Source: a candidate division FCPU426 bacterium (GTDB lineage Bacteria > Oederibacteriota > PGYV01 > Palsa-1178). Taken from it: a stretch of DNA of 64,000 nucleotides. The notes beneath the pieces are model-generated. The model had not been told where the DNA came from and made no database searches. It worked only from the letters and a program-made list of their open reading frames with translations. The stretch covers positions 578,236 to 642,235 of the forward strand of contig CAWIXE010000002.1 in NCBI GenBank assembly GCA_963840035.1, given 5' to 3'. A program made the translations under genes and the position numbers. Below, piece by piece: positions 38,867-49,371 of this stretch (positions are counted from its first letter, which is position 1; each line of letters begins with the position of its first letter).

Positions 38867-41785
38867 ATGATGAAAAGATTACTGATTATTCTGGCGGTGT
38901 TTTTGCCGGCTGTATTTGCGCAGGCAGCGCCGGATGAAAATGGAGGGTCGATGAAAGAAACTAATGTTGCCGGAACACAGGGCAGAGAAATAATCAATTT
39001 TGACAAAGGGTGGCTATTTCAAAGGGAATATGATTCCCCGGAAATGAAAGACCCGGCTTATAAAGATAAAAAATGGGCCAAGGTAAACGTGCCCCATGAC
39101 TGGGCCATAGAAGGCACTTTGAAGCCTAAAAAGGTAAAATACAGCGCCCCTGTTATGTTTGTTATAAAAGGCGAATGGAAATTTAACAAGGGCGATGACG
39201 CGGCATGGAAAGACGCGGCGTTTGACGATTCGTCATGGGAAAAGGTAAAACTTCCTGCGTCATGGGAAGACCATTCAAATTATAAGGAAGACAATGTTTA
39301 TGGCTGGTACAGGCGCGAGATAGTCGTGCCCGCCTCGATGAAAGGCAAGGATGTCATTTTTAACTGCGGGATGATAGATGATGTGGATGAGACGTATGTT
39401 AACGGAGAACTGGTCGGATCTACCGGGATTTTCCCGCCTAAATATGAAACTGCCTGGAATGTTAACAGAGAATACAGGATAAAATCATCACTAATAAAAT
39501 ATGGAAAGAAAAATATTATCGCCATAAGGGTGTTTGACGGCTACGGAGGCGGAGGAATATACGGCGATAAGTCGCAGAGGCTTCTGGAAGGGCCTTTTGA
39601 CAGGGCGGCTGACGGAGGTAACTCCACAGGATTCCTGCCCGGAGGTATTGGCTGGTACAGGAAGGCGTTTACAGTACCTGAAGCAATGAAAGGCAAAAAA
39701 ATATCCGTTGAATTTGACGGCGCTTACATGGACTCAGAGACATGGCTTAACGGAATGAGCCTTGGAAAACATCCATATGGATATACGCCTTTTTCTTTTG
39801 ACCTTACGCCATACCTGAAATACGGCAAGGAAACAAATATGATCGTCATGAGGCTCAATGTAAAGCAGCAGTGCACCAGGTGGTACTCGGGCGCAGGCAT
39901 ATACAGGCACGTAAGGCTCGTGGCAGTTGACCCTGTGCATATAGCGAAATGGGGAACATATATAACCACGCCGGATATTTCTGAAAACGAAGCGATAGTC
40001 AGGATTGAAACCACCATTATGAATGAAGGTGCAAATGAGGAAGAAGTCACCCTTCAGACAACGATACTGGATAAGAACAACGCCGAATGCGCTGTGGTTG
40101 AATCAAAGGAAAAGATCGTACGGGGAAGTGAGAAGAAGTTTGTGCAGGAAACTAAGATAGCAAAGCCCTCGCTGTGGTCCACAGAAACACCGGATATGTA
40201 CACTGCGGTTTCGCGCGTCATATCAAAAGGCGCTGAAACGGATAAATTCATAACCGCGTTCGGTGTCAGAACAATTAAATTCACCGATACCGAAGGGTTC
40301 TTTTTGAACGGAAAACATGTCCCGATCAAGGGCGTCTGCCTGCATCATGACAATGGTTATCTCGGCGCTGCCGTGCACAAACGCGCCATACAAAGGCAGC
40401 TTGAGATCATGAAAGAAATGGGCGCCAACGCGGTAAGGACAAGCCATAATCCCCCTGACACGGTTCTTCTGGACCTTTGCGATAAGATGGGGCTGCTTGT
40501 GATGGACGAGGCATTTGACGAGTGGAAGGAAAATAAGACCACTTTTGGCTACGGAAGATTTTTTGACGAATGGGCGGAAAGAGACATAACAACAATGCTC
40601 CGCCGCGACAGGAACCATCCTAGCATAATTATGTGGTCCATAGGCAACGAGGTAGCGGAACAATGGGCCGGCACGGCTGAGAACGCGGAGAAATGCGCGA
40701 AAATGCTCGCTGATATATGCCGTAAAGAAGACCCCACAAGGCCTGTAACCGCAGCCTGCAACGTCGTTAATAACTCGATTGACAAGGGGATAGCAAAGCA
40801 CCTGGATGTTATGGGAATAAATTATAATATTACAGAGTATGAGAAACAGCGCGGAAAGTATAAGCTTATTGGCTCTGAAACGTCGTCGGATACGAGTACA
40901 CGCGGTGAATACAACCTCGTGGAAAAGGACGGGTTTATCGTACCGGAAGGCAAGCTTAATACGCAGTGTTCCTCTTATGATAATTTTGCGCCGGATTGGG
41001 CTACATCGGCGGCAAAATCGCTTCAGATGATCAAGGATTCACCCTGGGTCGCGGGTGAATTTGTCTGGACAGGTTTTGACTACATAGGCGAGTCTACACC
41101 GTACTGGTGGCCGGCTGTTATTTCATATTTTGGCATTACCGACCTTTGCGGTTTCCCCAAGGACAGGTACTACACTTACCAGAGCAAATGGACGGAAAAG
41201 CCCATGGTGCACGTGCTCCCGCACTGGAACTGGGAAAAATGGAAGGGGAAGGAAATACCGGTCATAGTTGATACTAATTGTGAGTCTGTAGAACTTTTCT
41301 TAAACGGCAAATCGTTTGGTGAAAAAAAGAGGACTGACTCTGCCGGATTAAGACTTGAATGGAAGGTTCCGTATTCGACAGGGATTCTGCGCGCCTCAGC
41401 CAAAAATGGCGGAGTCCAGGCAGCCGAGGACCAGGTAAGGACAGCCGGCAAGCCTGTCAGGATAGAGATAAAAGCTGACAGGACAGAACTTTCGGCTGAC
41501 GGTGAGGACCTTTCCTATGTGACTGTAAGGATGCTGGATAAGTACGGAACATTCTGCCCGACGGCCGATAATGAAATAGAATTTACCCTTGAGGGCGATG
41601 GGGATATTGCCGCCACCGGGAACGGTAATCCGCTTAACCACGCCTTCTTTAACGCGGCAAAATGCAGGGCTTTTAACGGCATGGTGCTGGCGATAGTCAA
41701 GGCCGGTGAAAAACCGAGCCACCTATATTTCACCGCTTCTTCAAAGGGCTTAAAAGCTGACGCTGTAAATATCGAAACCAAATAG
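38867..41785 (+). CDS. GH2 beta-galactosidase (sugar-binding, Ig-like and TIM-barrel domains plus C-terminal domains), secreted
   Basis: Signal peptide. GH2 motifs NAVRTSHNPPDTVLLDLCDKMGLLVMDEAFDEW, the acid/base region NHPSIIMWSIGNE and the nucleophile region GSETSSD. Confidence 0.85.
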   Translation: MMKRLLIILAVFLPAVFAQAAPDENGGSMKETNVAGTQGREIINFDKGWLFQREYDSPEMKDPAYKDKKWAKVNVPHDWAIEGTLKPKKVKYSAPVMFVIKGEWKFNKGDDAAWKDAAFDDSSWEKVKLPASWEDHSNYKEDNVYGWYRREIVVPASMKGKDVIFNCGMIDDVDETYVNGELVGSTGIFPPKYETAWNVNREYRIKSSLIKYGKKNIIAIRVFDGYGGGGIYGDKSQRLLEGPFDRAADGGNSTGFLPGGIGWYRKAFTVPEAMKGKKISVEFDGAYMDSETWLNGMSLGKHPYGYTPFSFDLTPYLKYGKETNMIVMRLNVKQQCTRWYSGAGIYRHVRLVAVDPVHIAKWGTYITTPDISENEAIVRIETTIMNEGANEEEVTLQTTILDKNNAECAVVESKEKIVRGSEKKFVQETKIAKPSLWSTETPDMYTAVSRVISKGAETDKFITAFGVRTIKFTDTEGFFLNGKHVPIKGVCLHHDNGYLGAAVHKRAIQRQLEIMKEMGANAVRTSHNPPDTVLLDLCDKMGLLVMDEAFDEWKENKTTFGYGRFFDEWAERDITTMLRRDRNHPSIIMWSIGNEVAEQWAGTAENAEKCAKMLADICRKEDPTRPVTAACNVVNNSIDKGIAKHLDVMGINYNITEYEKQRGKYKLIGSETSSDTSTRGEYNLVEKDGFIVPEGKLNTQCSSYDNFAPDWATSAAKSLQMIKDSPWVAGEFVWTGFDYIGESTPYWWPAVISYFGITDLCGFPKDRYYTYQSKWTEKPMVHVLPHWNWEKWKGKEIPVIVDTNCESVELFLNGKSFGEKKRTDSAGLRLEWKVPYSTGILRASAKNGGVQAAEDQVRTAGKPVRIEIKADRTELSADGEDLSYVTVRMLDKYGTFCPTADNEIEFTLEGDGDIAATGNGNPLNHAFFNAAKCRAFNGMVLAIVKAGEKPSHLYFTASSKGLKADAVNIETK

Positions 41786-41796
41786 AAGGATGTAAA

Positions 41797-43949
41797 ATGA
41801 TATCGTATAACAAAAATAAGGGCATGTTTTACCTTGATACCCGTGATTCTTCTTATGTTTTCGGGGTAAACAGCGGGAAGCAGATATATAACGCCTATTA
41901 CGGCAGGAAACTCAGCCCGAAAGAGTCGGCTGCCGTCTCCGAGCCTGTGTTCAAGGAAATTGGTTACCATATGGTCGACAATATGAAGTCGAATTACAGC
42001 CCTGAGATAAACATTTATGACGGGTATAATGTCTTTGAAAACACTTTAAAAGCCTCGCTTTCAAACGGGACAAAGTCGCTTGACTGCGCGTACTCCGGCC
42101 ACACAATAAAGGATAACGTCCTGAAAGTTACGTTAAAAGACAAACTTTATAACATAAGCATAGTGCTGTCGTATAAAGTGCATTTTGAATATAACCTCAT
42201 AGAAAAATCGATTGTCATAAATAACAATGAAAAGAAGTTAAACGTAACGTTGGAAACATTTAATTCCGGGGAACTTATGCTGCCGGCCGGCAGATATAAC
42301 CTCGGGACTTTTCACGGCGGCTGGATAAAGGAAATGTCGCTTACATTTGAGGAAATCACCCACGGCAGGAAAGTCATAGAAAGCCGGACAGGACACTCTT
42401 CGCACATACATAACCCGTCGTTTTTTATTACAAAAGACGCAAAGGTATCAGAGGACAGCGGGGAATACTATTACGGCCAGCTTTTATGGGGCGGCGACTT
42501 CAGGTTTACTTTTGAAAAAAGGTTCTATGACACGGTTTCTTTTACCGGGGGCATAAACTCTTTTGACGGAAATGCCACGCTAAAGCCCGGAAAGGTGTTT
42601 GAAACACCCGCCCTGATACTGGGTTTTTCAGACAAGGGCGCCGGTAAAATGTCACGCCAGCTCCATGATTTTTACAGGGATAAGATAATGCTTAAGGAAA
42701 AACTGGATGACCATAAACGGGTCCTTGTAAACAGCTGGGAAGCTTTTTATTTCTCCATAAATGAGGATAAGCTGCTTAAACTGGCTGATAAGGCAAAGGA
42801 AATCGGCGCGGAAATACTCGTTGTCGACGACGGCTGGTTCAGGAGGAAGGATAATGACGGCAATTCCCTGGGTGACTGGTACCCGGTTAAGGAAAAGTTC
42901 CCAAATGGGATGGCTGAGTTCGGCAGGAAAGTAAAAGCAAAAGGGCTTAAGTTCGGCATATGGCTTGAGCCTGAAGCCATGAATACTGACAGCGGCCTTT
43001 ACAGAAAGCATCAGGACTGGTGCTATCATTTTAAAGGCAGGCCTGACAAGGAAATGAGGCACACGGTCACGCTGAACATTACAAAAAAGGAAGTAAAAGA
43101 ATATTTAAAAAAGATGATACACAGGGTAATAACCGAATATAAACCTGATTACGTAAAATGGGACATGAACAGGTATGTCTCTGAGACAGGGGCCATTGAC
43201 GGGACGCAGGCGCAGTTGGAGCACATGAAAGCGGCGTATGAACTTATGGATTACTTAAAAAGCCTGAACCCGGCCATCATACTTGAAGGATGCGCCGGCG
43301 GCGGGGGCAGGATGTCCGGAGGCATGTTTTCGCACGTGGACCAGATGTGGGCCAGCGATAACAACGACCCGTTCTGCAGGCAGATCATACAGTACGGCAC
43401 ATCGCTTTTTTATCCCGCGCAGGTCATGTGCTGCCATGTGGCTGACAGCCCATATGGATTGACAGGCAGGGCTTCAACGCCGCTTTTCAGGGTACGCACG
43501 GCCATGGCAGGAAACCTCGGGACAGAGGCAAACCTGCTTGAGTGGAAAGATGAGGAAATAGCCGTATTAAAAAGGGAAGTAGCGTTATATAAATCAGTAA
43601 GGGATATCATTTACACGGGTGATCTGTTCAGGATAGAAGCCCGTATGAATCAATGCGGGTGAGTTTTATGCATGTTTCAAAGGATAAATCATGCGCTGTA
43701 TTGTTTTCATATTTCCCGGGCAAGGAACTGTATAAAAGCGTAAACGCTATAAGCGCGGAAAAAGAAGCCATGCCAAAGCCCGGAAACTTGAAATTAAAGG
43801 GGCTGCTGCCAGGCGCGGTATATGAACTTGAAATTGACGGTAAAAAAAGCGCGGCAAAAGGCAGCGTGCTCATGAAGACGGGAATAAAACTTAACTTAAA
43901 AAAGACGCAGGACAGCGCCATAATCAGGATCAACAGGAGGATTAAATGA
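41797..43949 (+). pseudogene. GH36 alpha-galactosidase interrupted by a frameshift near 43650; the C-terminal beta-sandwich is encoded in a different frame (43653-43949)
   Basis: GH36 motifs LVVDDGWF, KFGIWLEPE, DYVKWDMNR and GCAGGGGRMSGG. The downstream 98-aa ORF (SKDKSCAVLFSYF...) matches the GH36 C-terminal domain. The frame changes from 1 to 0. Confidence 0.65.
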
Positions 43950-45901
43950 ATTATTTAAAGTTCTTTTTGCTTCTTTCCGTAATTATTGTGCTGAGCGCGG
44001 CTTTTGTTTTTGCCTCGCCGCAAAAGGCCTCACTGAAATTGAACTCTATTTTTACGGACCACATGGTACTGCAGCGCGACACCGCCGTATCCGTTTATGG
44101 AAAAGCAGCCGCCGGATCAAAGGTGGTTGTTGAGATTGCGGGGCAGACATTAACGGCAAAAGCGGGAAGCAAAGGGGATTGGTCCGCGAAACTGCAGCCA
44201 ATTCCGGCAGGCGGGCCGTATGAGATGAATGTCATATCAGGAAATGAAACGGTTTCCGTTAAGGATATTTTAACGGGCGATGTGTGGTTCTGTTCGGGCC
44301 AGTCAAACATGGAATGGATACTCTCAAATACGACGGATGGCGCTGAAGAACTTAAAGGCTTTAAGACAAATCCGAATATTAGGCTTTTTCTGCAGGAACA
44401 GCTGCCGGCAGCAAAGCCGCTCACTGATCCGGCAGGAAAGTGGGCTGAATGCGACGCTGAAAACGCGAAGAATTTTTCAGCAATAGCGTATTTTTTCGCG
44501 AATAATTTATCAAATGAGCTTAAGGTGCCGATAGGCGTTATTGATTCATCCTGGGGCGGTACATCCATAGAGATCTGGATGGACCAGAATCTTTTAAAGG
44601 GGAATCCGGTTACAAAGCCCATACTTGACAGGTGGAAAGACAATCCGGTTTTTGACTGGAAAAACTGGAATTATGGAAAAGGAATGAATTATTCCATAGA
44701 AGTATCTGAACTGCGTTTTTATGATTCCACAGGCAAGGCTGAACCTGCGTACGTGAACCTTACGCCAACTGACAGGAACGCGCTTGGCGGGTCATGGTAT
44801 GGCTGGGCAAAGCCGGGTTCCACGGCTGAAGCGGCGGCAAAAGCAAAGGCGTGCGACATATCGGGAATTATAGGCTTCAACGCCTGGGCAGGCGCGGGAA
44901 CGCTCCTGAAAAACGGCGAAGAAGCAGACCTTTCAAAGTATGACAGGATTATATTTAAAGTGCGCGGCAGCGGAAAGTTTTCCGTATCGTTGTGCCAGAA
45001 TACGATAATTGACTATGATTATTATTCCACGCAGGATTTTGACGCGGTAAAAACATGGAAAGACATATCCGTGCCGATTGCCGCGTTAAAACAGGGTGGA
45101 TGGGGGCTCGCAAAGCCTTTTACGCAGAATGCCATCAAGCAGCTGCAGTTCAACATAAAGTCTATGACTGTGGAGCTGCCGTCGGCTTTATATAACGGCA
45201 TGGTGATGCCGTACGCGAAATTCCCGATAAAAGGATCCATCTGGTACCAGGGTGAGAATAACGCGAACAGGGCGCTGCAGTACGGAATGCTGCTTCCCAT
45301 GATGATAAAGAACTGGCGTAATATATGGAATATCGGAGATTTCCCGTTCATCCTGGTTCAGCTGCCGAATTTCATGGAGCGCAAGGCGGAGCCTGGCGAG
45401 AGCGAATGGGCCGAGCTGCGCGAGTCTCAGCTTAACGCGCTCAGCCTTACGAGCACGGCTGTTGTGGCATCCATAGACATCGGCGACCCGAAAGATATAC
45501 ATCCCAGGCTTAAAAAACCTGTCAGTTACAGGCTTGCCCAGGCAGCGCTTAATGTGGCGTACGGAAAGGATGTCGTACCCATGGGGCCGGTATATGAGGC
45601 CATGAAAATAGACGGGAACAGGATAACGTTGTCATTTAAGTATACGGGCAAGGGTTTAAAGTCAAAGGACGGATCGTTAAAAGGTTTTTCAATTGCGGGA
45701 AATGACAAAAAATTCGTCTGGGCAAACGCGGAAATAAAGGATGACAAAGTGGTAGTCTGGAGCGACTCTGTCAGGGAACCCGCGTCGGTCAGATATGCCT
45801 GGGCTGATAATCCGGAATGCAATCTTTATAATGAAGAAGGGCTCGCGGCTTCGCCTTTCAGGACGGATAACTGGCCGGGGTTAACGCAGGATAGATTTTA
45901 A
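43946..45901 (+). CDS. SASA/DUF303-family carbohydrate O-acetylesterase (sialate-O-acetylesterase-like SGNH fold) with an inserted beta-sandwich domain
   Basis: Signal peptide. GDVWFCSGQSNMEW carries the catalytic Ser. A second conserved block IKGSIWYQGENN. The motif positions fit a long insertion between the catalytic halves. Confidence 0.75.
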   Translation: MNYLKFFLLLSVIIVLSAAFVFASPQKASLKLNSIFTDHMVLQRDTAVSVYGKAAAGSKVVVEIAGQTLTAKAGSKGDWSAKLQPIPAGGPYEMNVISGNETVSVKDILTGDVWFCSGQSNMEWILSNTTDGAEELKGFKTNPNIRLFLQEQLPAAKPLTDPAGKWAECDAENAKNFSAIAYFFANNLSNELKVPIGVIDSSWGGTSIEIWMDQNLLKGNPVTKPILDRWKDNPVFDWKNWNYGKGMNYSIEVSELRFYDSTGKAEPAYVNLTPTDRNALGGSWYGWAKPGSTAEAAAKAKACDISGIIGFNAWAGAGTLLKNGEEADLSKYDRIIFKVRGSGKFSVSLCQNTIIDYDYYSTQDFDAVKTWKDISVPIAALKQGGWGLAKPFTQNAIKQLQFNIKSMTVELPSALYNGMVMPYAKFPIKGSIWYQGENNANRALQYGMLLPMMIKNWRNIWNIGDFPFILVQLPNFMERKAEPGESEWAELRESQLNALSLTSTAVVASIDIGDPKDIHPRLKKPVSYRLAQAALNVAYGKDVVPMGPVYEAMKIDGNRITLSFKYTGKGLKSKDGSLKGFSIAGNDKKFVWANAEIKDDKVVVWSDSVREPASVRYAWADNPECNLYNEEGLAASPFRTDNWPGLTQDRF

Positions 45902-45905
45902 AAAC

Positions 45906-47009
45906 ATGAAAGGTAGTGCAATGATGAAAAGAAAAATATTGTTATTGGCAGTTTGCGCGCTGGCAGCGCTTATTGTTTTTCAGTCGTGCGCGTCAGCGTT
46001 TTTGGAAAAAGCCGGTGATAACGCAGTGGAAGGATTTAATGTAAATACTAAATTTGCATGGACTACAGGGGCGCCTGTAATACTGCCGCAGCCGGAAAAA
46101 GGGCGTGAAGTTGTATCTGCAAAAGACCCGAGCGTTCTGTTTTATAACGGTAAATGGTATGTGTTTTATACAACCTGCGATACTAAAGGCGCATGGAGCA
46201 TGCAGTTTGTTAGTTTTAAGGATTGGAAGGACGCGAAAAAGGCAAAAGCTTATCCCAAGGACAACAATCCAAACCTGCAGGGATATCACTGCGCGCCGAA
46301 TGTGTTTTATTTTACGCCCCAGAAGAAGTGGTACATGGTATTCCAGTCAGGCCAGCCGCAGTATACGACAAACGATAATATAGACAATCCTGACGGATGG
46401 ACAAAGCCGCAGGATTTTTTCAATGGAGCCCCTCCGGGACTGGAAAAAGGTCAGTGGGGCCCGGAATGGCTTGATTTTCATGTGATTTGCGATGATAAAA
46501 ACGCGTACTTAATGTTTACCGGGGATAACGGGAGATTGTACCGCAGCAGGACAAAACTTGAGGATTTTCCCAATGGCATGGGCAATCCTGAGCTTTGTCT
46601 TAAGGGCAAGGAGAGGGGCGACGTGTTTGAAGGTTCTATGGCTTACAAAATAAAAGGTCAAAATAAATATCTTCTGATTGTTGAGGCGTTTGGCGCGCCT
46701 ACTTATGACAGGTACTACAGGAGTTTTGTGGCTGATTCGCTTGACGGCGAGTGGAAAGAACAGGCAGGTACTTGGGAAAACCCGTTTGCCGGTTTGAATA
46801 ACGTTAAATTTGATGAAGGCGTAACACCCTGGACAAAGGATATAAGCCACGGGGAACTTATACGGACAGGTTATGATGAGAAGATGGAACTGGACCCTGA
46901 AAACATTCAGTTCCTGTTCCAGGGACGCGCGCCCGAGAGCAACGGCATGCAGTATCATTTACTTCCTTATAAAATAGGGCTATTAAAGGCTGTTAAAACT
47001 CAAAAATAA
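45906..47009 (+). CDS. Five-bladed beta-propeller glycoside hydrolase lipoprotein (GH43/GH62/GH117 clan; subfamily unresolved)
   Basis: Lipobox FQSCASA. AKDPSVLFYNGKWYVFYT carries the general-base Asp. Repeated W/Y-rich blades (KKWYMVFQSG, NAYLMFTGDNG). Confidence 0.55.
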   Translation: MKGSAMMKRKILLLAVCALAALIVFQSCASAFLEKAGDNAVEGFNVNTKFAWTTGAPVILPQPEKGREVVSAKDPSVLFYNGKWYVFYTTCDTKGAWSMQFVSFKDWKDAKKAKAYPKDNNPNLQGYHCAPNVFYFTPQKKWYMVFQSGQPQYTTNDNIDNPDGWTKPQDFFNGAPPGLEKGQWGPEWLDFHVICDDKNAYLMFTGDNGRLYRSRTKLEDFPNGMGNPELCLKGKERGDVFEGSMAYKIKGQNKYLLIVEAFGAPTYDRYYRSFVADSLDGEWKEQAGTWENPFAGLNNVKFDEGVTPWTKDISHGELIRTGYDEKMELDPENIQFLFQGRAPESNGMQYHLLPYKIGLLKAVKTQK

Positions 47010-47146
47010 CATGTTCGCTAAGCGGCAAAAAAACAACGGGTGAAAATTTGTTCTGTTTTCCACTGTCACGTGAAAAACAGAGCCTTTTGCATCTTTTTGT
47101 ATTTAGAAACGCTATATTTGAGCAGTACATAGATCCTCGCGCAAAT

Positions 47147-47228
47147 ATGCCTGCCGGGGGGGTCAAATTTTCTTATGGCCTGCGCTACTGCGCAATCCAT
47201 AAGAAAATATGCCCCCCCCGGCAGGCAT
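47147..47228. repeat. Long hairpin with G8/C8 tracts (32-nt arms, about 19-nt loop)
   Basis: atgcctgccgggggggtcaaattttcttatgg ... ccataagaaaatatgccccccccggcaggcat. Confidence 0.8.
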
Positions 47229-47287
47229 AAATGGAAAAGCTCCGGGGCAGAACTAACCCGTTAATTTGTAGGGCCTCTTATTTCGTG

Positions 47288-47313
47288 TCGTAGGGGCGAT
47301 TCACGAATCGCCC
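47288..47313. repeat. REP-like hairpin unit sharing its 5' prefix with the 20992/21100 doublet
   Basis: tcgtaggggcgattcacgaatcgccc, with a 9-bp stem; compare tcgtaggggcgagccggtggctcgccc. Confidence 0.7.
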
Positions 47314-47371
47314 GCACTGTCACGGTACTTCGTTTTGGATGGAATACGTAATACGACTACAAGGAGGTAAA

Positions 47372-49343
47372 ATGAGAAAAGTATGTCTTATATTTTTGAC
47401 AATTTCACTGTTTTCAACAGCTTTACTTGCGGGTACCATGGATACTACGATAGCGGTAAATACTACAGTGACGGTGAATACGTTCAAGCCGTTTAATGTT
47501 TTCGGAAATAATACCAACGGATGGACAAATCCTGTGGCTGTGAAGGATAAGATACAGGGCGCCGGAAATTATCTGTCTGCGCTATCCAGGAGGCTCGTGG
47601 GGCGATTCCTTTTTCTGGAACAGCAAAGGCGAATACGATAAGGACGGCAACTGGTCGCCAGGCACAGCTGAATACGGGAAAAGCACAACCGGAGATCTTG
47701 TATATCACCAGAAATATATGCTTGATGATGATAAAACAACCGCGTGGAAGTCTAACGCCGATACCGATTTCCCAAACAGCCAGTGGGTGTACCTGGATTT
47801 AAAAGAAAAGAAAAACCCGGATAAATTGACCATATCATGGGGCAGTCCATACGCGAAAAAGTTCACTGTCCAATACTGGGACCCGGCGGACGGCAGGCAA
47901 TGGATGCCGTATGACGCCGATAAAAGTTCATGGCTTGATACGTCGGCAAAAGAGACAGCCGGCACCGGTGGGGTACAGGAAGTATCATTTTCGCAGGTTA
48001 ATACACAGTATGTAAGGATACTATTGACAGCCAGTTCTGAAGGGAAATCCGGTATTTACTCGGTTGTGGACTTGGACATATTTGAAAACGGACGGTCAAT
48101 ACTTTCCAAAGACACAAATTCAGTTGTGGTTTCCTCCTGCGATACTGCGGCAAAACTTGACGCTAACGGGCCTTCGTGGATATTTGGGTTTGAACAGTAT
48201 ATGGAATTCATGAAGTCCTTCGGCCCGATTAAAGCCGAGCCTCTGATTATAGTGAATCTGGGCAGCGGCACGCCTGAGATGGCCGCGGCGTGGGTTAAAT
48301 ACGCGAATAAAGTTAAGGGTTACGGTATTAAGTACTGGGAGATTGGAAACGAAAGCGGAGGCCAGTGGGAAACCGGCGGCCCTATGAATGTGTATGACTA
48401 TACCAGGCGCTATATCAAATACTATGAAGCAATGAAGGCTGTGGATCCGTCTATTACAATCATCGCACAGGGGCAGGCGGACGGAAAATCATTAACTTAT
48501 GACGGGGTTTCAGCCATCGAGGCGTTTTTAGGAAGGCTTGCGAAAGAAAAGAAAACACATTACGCCGAAGGGCTGGTGACCCACCAGTACCCGAACTGGG
48601 GGCAGAAACTTGAGGATCTGCTCGCGTCGCCAAAAAAAGGCATGGAAGATACGGCCTCGCAGGTTAAAAAAGCGCTGGCCAAATACCCAAAACTGAAAAA
48701 CATACCTATATGGATAACGGAGTTTAACACGTCGGACCAGGTAAAGCCGCAGGATATCAGCGTGCACCTGGAAAACGGACTGTGGCTCGCGCAGTATATG
48801 CCAGAGTTCATACGCCAGTTCGGAAATAGGGGTTACATGGCCATGTGGGATGTTATGAATGGCGGCAGCGCGATAAATAACCCGACAGGCGGCGATCATG
48901 GTTACCTGCAGTCTGAAAGCGGGCCGTATCAGCATCAGGAGCGCGCCGATTACTGGACCATGAAAATGATGACGAATTACTGGGCAACCCCCGGGGATGT
49001 CAGGGAGCATACGATGGTTGAGGCGGAATCCGGAAACCCGATGCTCGCGGCATACGCCAACATAAAGCCTGATAAAACACTAGCGCTGCTCGTTGTAAAT
49101 AAGGACCCGGAGAATGCGTATAATTCAGCGATAACTATAAGCGGATACACACCCGTGCAGGAAGCGAAAACCTGGAAGTTTGACAGTGATAATTATAAAT
49201 GGGATGCCGGTTCTTTACCTTATCACGCAAACCCGGATAACCCTCCCACGGAGTCGGCAATCAACTACGCCGGGGAGAAATTTAATTTTGAGTTCAAACC
49301 TTATTCTATAACAGTCATAGAACTTAAGAAAAAGCAGGATTAA
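47372..49343 (+). pseudogene. Clan GH-A glycoside hydrolase (GH51/GH39/GH79-like) with an inserted F5/8-type C (CBM32-like) domain; one-base frameshift near 47580
   Basis: Frame 2 carries the signal peptide and N-terminus up to ...GNYLSAL. Frame 0 continues RYPGGSWGDSFFWNS.., then a discoidin pattern (TAWKSN..QWVYLDL..ISWG..FTVQYW), then the clan A acid motif WEIGNESGGQWETGG and the nucleophile motif IWITEFNTS. GGAGG RBS. Confidence 0.6.
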
Positions 49344-49371
49344 TAGCATATGTGGATAATGGAGGTAATTA

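Noticed and set aside
47048-47230. 60-aa ORF spanning the G8/C8 hairpin
   Set aside because: Its sequence is dictated by the inverted repeat, it has no RBS, and it is most likely non-coding.
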